This document shows positions 17,145 to 20,000 of a DNA stretch of 20,000 bases, in pieces; the stretch's first letter is position 1; every line of letters begins with the position of its first letter. The DNA lies in sequence record DRR378314_606; one strand, 5' to 3'. A program made the translations under genes and the position numbers. The notes beneath the pieces were generated by a model. That model had not been told where the DNA came from. It made no database searches and saw only the letters and a program-made list of their open reading frames with translations.

Positions 17145-19733
17145 ATGAAAATAAAAGTAGGAATTATAGCTTATTTGCTCTTTGTTTATAATGTATTTGG
17201 GCAAACCAATTCAAACATCCTTCAGTATGATAAACCTGCCGAGGTATGGACGGAGGCCTTACCCATAGGGAATGGATATATGGGAGGAATGGTCTTTGGT
17301 GATCCCTTCAAGGAGAGGATTCAACTCAACGAGTCAACACTGTATAGTGGTGATCCGAACAGGAAATATGAAAATTTTAATATTCGCGAGGATTATAATG
17401 AAATTATGGCATTGTTTGATCAGGGTAAATATGCCGAAGGTCAGGAAATGGTTCAAAAAAAATGGTTGGGTCGCCCGCAGGATTTGTACCAGCCCATGAG
17501 TGATCTCTGGATAGATATGGCACATACCGGAAAGGTCTCCAACTACCAAAGAGTATTGGATATTTCCAAAGCCGTACATAAAGTGTCGTATGCCATTGGT
17601 AATACTAAATACGAACGGGAAGTTTTTGCCAGTTATCCAGATCACATATTTGTTATTAAGCTTTCGGCCAATGGACCGGATCAAATGAGCGGAGCGATAT
17701 CTTTTTCCACGATTCACGAACCGACTATGGAAGTTGGTGGCTCAAATAATGAACTTTACCTCAATGCACAGGTACCTGGATTTGCACTGAGAAGAACCCT
17801 TGAGCACGTGGAAAACTATCAGGACGAGCATAAATATCCAGAAATATATAATAAGGATCGTAGTAGAAAGCCTATTGCCAAACAGATTCTATACCATGAT
17901 GAGGTGGATGGGTTAGGCATGTACTTTCAATCTCGTTTAATAGTTGATCACGAGGGTGGTGAAGTAGTGTACATCGATGGGAAGTTAACGTTTACGAATG
18001 TCGATGAAATGGTAATAAAGCTTACAGCGGCTACAAGTTTTACAGCTTTCGACGAAAGCCCTATTAGTAAAGAATTGCCTGAACAAAGGGTTAAGTCATA
18101 TCTTAAAGGGGTACTGAATTCCAATTATGAGAAAATTAAAGAACGTCATATTGCGGACTACACTTCTCTGTTTGATCGAGTCGATCTTGAAATAAACAAA
18201 GTCGGGAAACGGTCAAATCTGCCCACAGACGAACGGATCATGCGCTACAAAGAGGGTGGTGATGAAAATCTCGCAGCCTTATTTTTTCAGTACGGGCGGT
18301 ATTTGATGATTTCGGGCTCCAGGCCTGGAGGCCAACCACTTAATTTACAGGGAATTTGGAATGATAAACTTATACCACCATGGGCCAGTGCCTATACAAT
18401 GAATATTAATATGGAAATGAATTACTGGCCTGCGGAGGTCACAAATCTCTCGGAATGCCATGAGCCATTTTTCACATCTGTAAAGGAGTTGTCGGAAAAT
18501 GGGGCAAAAGTGGCACGCTCAATGTATGGTAATTCTGGATGGTTGGCCAACCACAATATGTCCATTTGGCGGAATTCTGGGCCTGTTGATTCCTGTGCCT
18601 GCTCATTTTGGCCAGTAGCTTCGGGTTGGCTGGTTAGCCATTTTTGGGAACATTATCTTTTCACGGGTAATGAGGAATTTCTTAGGGAGGAAGCCTACCC
18701 ATTACTTAAGGGAGCAGTGCTTTTTTACAAAGATTGGCTGGTTCCGAATCAAGACGGTTTTTTGGTAACACCTGTAGGTCATTCGCCTGAACAGAGTTTT
18801 TTATATGGGGAAGGAGAAAGCTCAACTTTAAGTCCAGGGCCAACGATGGATATGGCCTTAATTAAGGAAAGCTTTAGTCGTTATTTGCAATCCCTGGACA
18901 TTTTGGGAATTGAGGATGCCGAATTGAAGAATGAAATAATGGAAAAACAAAGTCGATTGTTACCTTATCAAATAGGGAAATACGCACAGCTTCAAGAATG
19001 GCAGTTCGACTTTGAAGATAAGGAAATTCACCATCGACATATTTCCCATTTGTATCCTTTCCATCCTGGAAACCAAATTACACCAACAACTAGCCCGGAA
19101 TTGACAAAGGCTGTAAAGCAAGTATTGTTAAGAAGAGGAGATCAGGCAACAGGTTGGTCCATGGGATGGAAAGTAAATATGTGGGCCCGACTTTATGACG
19201 GAGACAAGTCTTTGGAGATTATGTCAAAATTAATAAATCTAGTAAAAGAGAATGATCCCAAATTTAAGGGTTCTGGCAGTTATCCAAATATGTTTGATGC
19301 GCATCCACCTTTTCAGATAGATGGTAATTTTGGTGCTACAGCGGGTATCGCTGAAATGCTGCTACAATCTCATGATGGTTTTGTTCATTTACTTCCTGCT
19401 TTGCCTACTAAATGGAAACAAGGGAATGTTACGGGTCTAAAAGCGCGCGGAGATTTCCAAATTGACATAACTTGGAAAAGTAATTCTATAAAGGAAGCGA
19501 AAATTGTGGCCAATAAAGGCGGAGTGCTGCCAATTAGAAGTTCAGTAGCATTGGATGTTAAGGGAGGGCAATTGATGAGGGAAAAGACACCCAATGATTT
19601 ATTGAGTTCAATGGATTCAGGACCATTTCTGGATCATAAGAAAACACTATTACCTCAAATAGAGGTTCCAGTCTTTTATGAGTATTTCATCGAAACAGAA
19701 AAAGGGGACACAATAACGTTGATAGCGAAATAA
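17145..19733 (+). CDS. GH95 alpha-L-fucosidase / alpha-L-galactosidase, secreted
   Basis: 862 aa with a signal peptide and motifs W.EALPIGNG.MGGMVFG, ERIQLNE.TLYSG, FQYGRYLMISGSR, NLQGIWN, YTMNINMEMNYW, SPE, HRHISHL, TGWSMGWK..MWARL and FDAHPPFQIDGNFGATAGIAEMLLQSH. Confidence 0.96.
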   Translation: MKIKVGIIAYLLFVYNVFGQTNSNILQYDKPAEVWTEALPIGNGYMGGMVFGDPFKERIQLNESTLYSGDPNRKYENFNIREDYNEIMALFDQGKYAEGQEMVQKKWLGRPQDLYQPMSDLWIDMAHTGKVSNYQRVLDISKAVHKVSYAIGNTKYEREVFASYPDHIFVIKLSANGPDQMSGAISFSTIHEPTMEVGGSNNELYLNAQVPGFALRRTLEHVENYQDEHKYPEIYNKDRSRKPIAKQILYHDEVDGLGMYFQSRLIVDHEGGEVVYIDGKLTFTNVDEMVIKLTAATSFTAFDESPISKELPEQRVKSYLKGVLNSNYEKIKERHIADYTSLFDRVDLEINKVGKRSNLPTDERIMRYKEGGDENLAALFFQYGRYLMISGSRPGGQPLNLQGIWNDKLIPPWASAYTMNINMEMNYWPAEVTNLSECHEPFFTSVKELSENGAKVARSMYGNSGWLANHNMSIWRNSGPVDSCACSFWPVASGWLVSHFWEHYLFTGNEEFLREEAYPLLKGAVLFYKDWLVPNQDGFLVTPVGHSPEQSFLYGEGESSTLSPGPTMDMALIKESFSRYLQSLDILGIEDAELKNEIMEKQSRLLPYQIGKYAQLQEWQFDFEDKEIHHRHISHLYPFHPGNQITPTTSPELTKAVKQVLLRRGDQATGWSMGWKVNMWARLYDGDKSLEIMSKLINLVKENDPKFKGSGSYPNMFDAHPPFQIDGNFGATAGIAEMLLQSHDGFVHLLPALPTKWKQGNVTGLKARGDFQIDITWKSNSIKEAKIVANKGGVLPIRSSVALDVKGGQLMREKTPNDLLSSMDSGPFLDHKKTLLPQIEVPVFYEYFIETEKGDTITLIAK

Positions 19734-19970
19734 TATTCTTGTTAATGAATCTTACGTACATTTTTTTACCAAATATCAAATAATGGAATTTGGCTTAGAA
19801 TTATCTTAATTCCTTGGTTGAACTGGGTAGTAGCACGCCACGTATTTTTAACCTAGCGAAACATCATTTGTAGCCATTACTACAATCTGAAATTGACGTA
19901 AATCCTAATTTACAAAAAAAATTATGGTTATTGATTTATTGAACGGTAGATAGATTGCATTATTTTTTTA

Positions 19971-19990
19971 GAGTTGAGTTAGTTTAGTTG
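19971..19990 (+). repeat. Intergenic motif GAGTTGAGTTAGTTTAGTTG, copy 3 (longest)
   Basis: It contains both the 13-mer of copy 1 and the 11-mer of copy 2, and is followed by CAAAAGGAAC at the window edge. Confidence 0.7.
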
Positions 19991-20000
19991 CAAAAGGAAC

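Noticed and set aside
141-19594. About 30 short ORFs (60-177 aa) in the ORF track, antisense or out of frame within the long genes, e.g. 992..1525, 5254..5706, 7528..7860, 12390..12740 and 17334..17717
   Set aside because: They overlap well-supported genes and show no recognisable motifs, so they are best explained as shadow ORFs.
5933-19990. GTTAG repeats read as a CRISPR array, telomere-like repeat or REP/MITE element
   Set aside because: The copies are short, kilobases apart and not regularly spaced. The hairpins that follow them differ in sequence, and no cas or transposase genes are present.

Overview
The window is gene-dense and looks like Bacteroidota DNA, probably Flavobacteriaceae (inferred from gene content and promoter style). 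It holds a polysaccharide utilisation locus (PUL) and a flanking molybdoenzyme. In order, it encodes: a two-gene xanthine-oxidase-family Mo-hydroxylase on the minus strand (Tat/lipobox large subunit plus a [2Fe-2S] small subunit); two divergent Cys-type lipoprotein S1 sulfatases; a GH140 apiosidase-like enzyme; an ECF sigma factor divergent from its FecR-type anti-sigma; an STN-type SusC and a SusD; an uncharacterised DUF5703-like protein with GH95-like motifs; and a canonical GH95. I saw no mobile element, CRISPR array, tRNA or rRNA. Three things stand out. (1) A GTTAGTT(TAGTT) motif recurs in three 3' intergenic regions, directly before terminator-like hairpins in the two cases where the downstream sequence is visible, and it is complementary to the susC translation-initiation region; these are candidate 3'UTR-derived regulatory RNAs. 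(2) GH140, a Thr-type GH95, a GH95-like DUF5703 protein and sulfatases together suggest a substrate containing apiose/L-galactose and possibly sulfate. (3) An exported Mo enzyme with no flavin or cytochrome partner in view sits directly downstream of a sulfatase gene. All family calls come from recognising motifs by eye, not from database searches.
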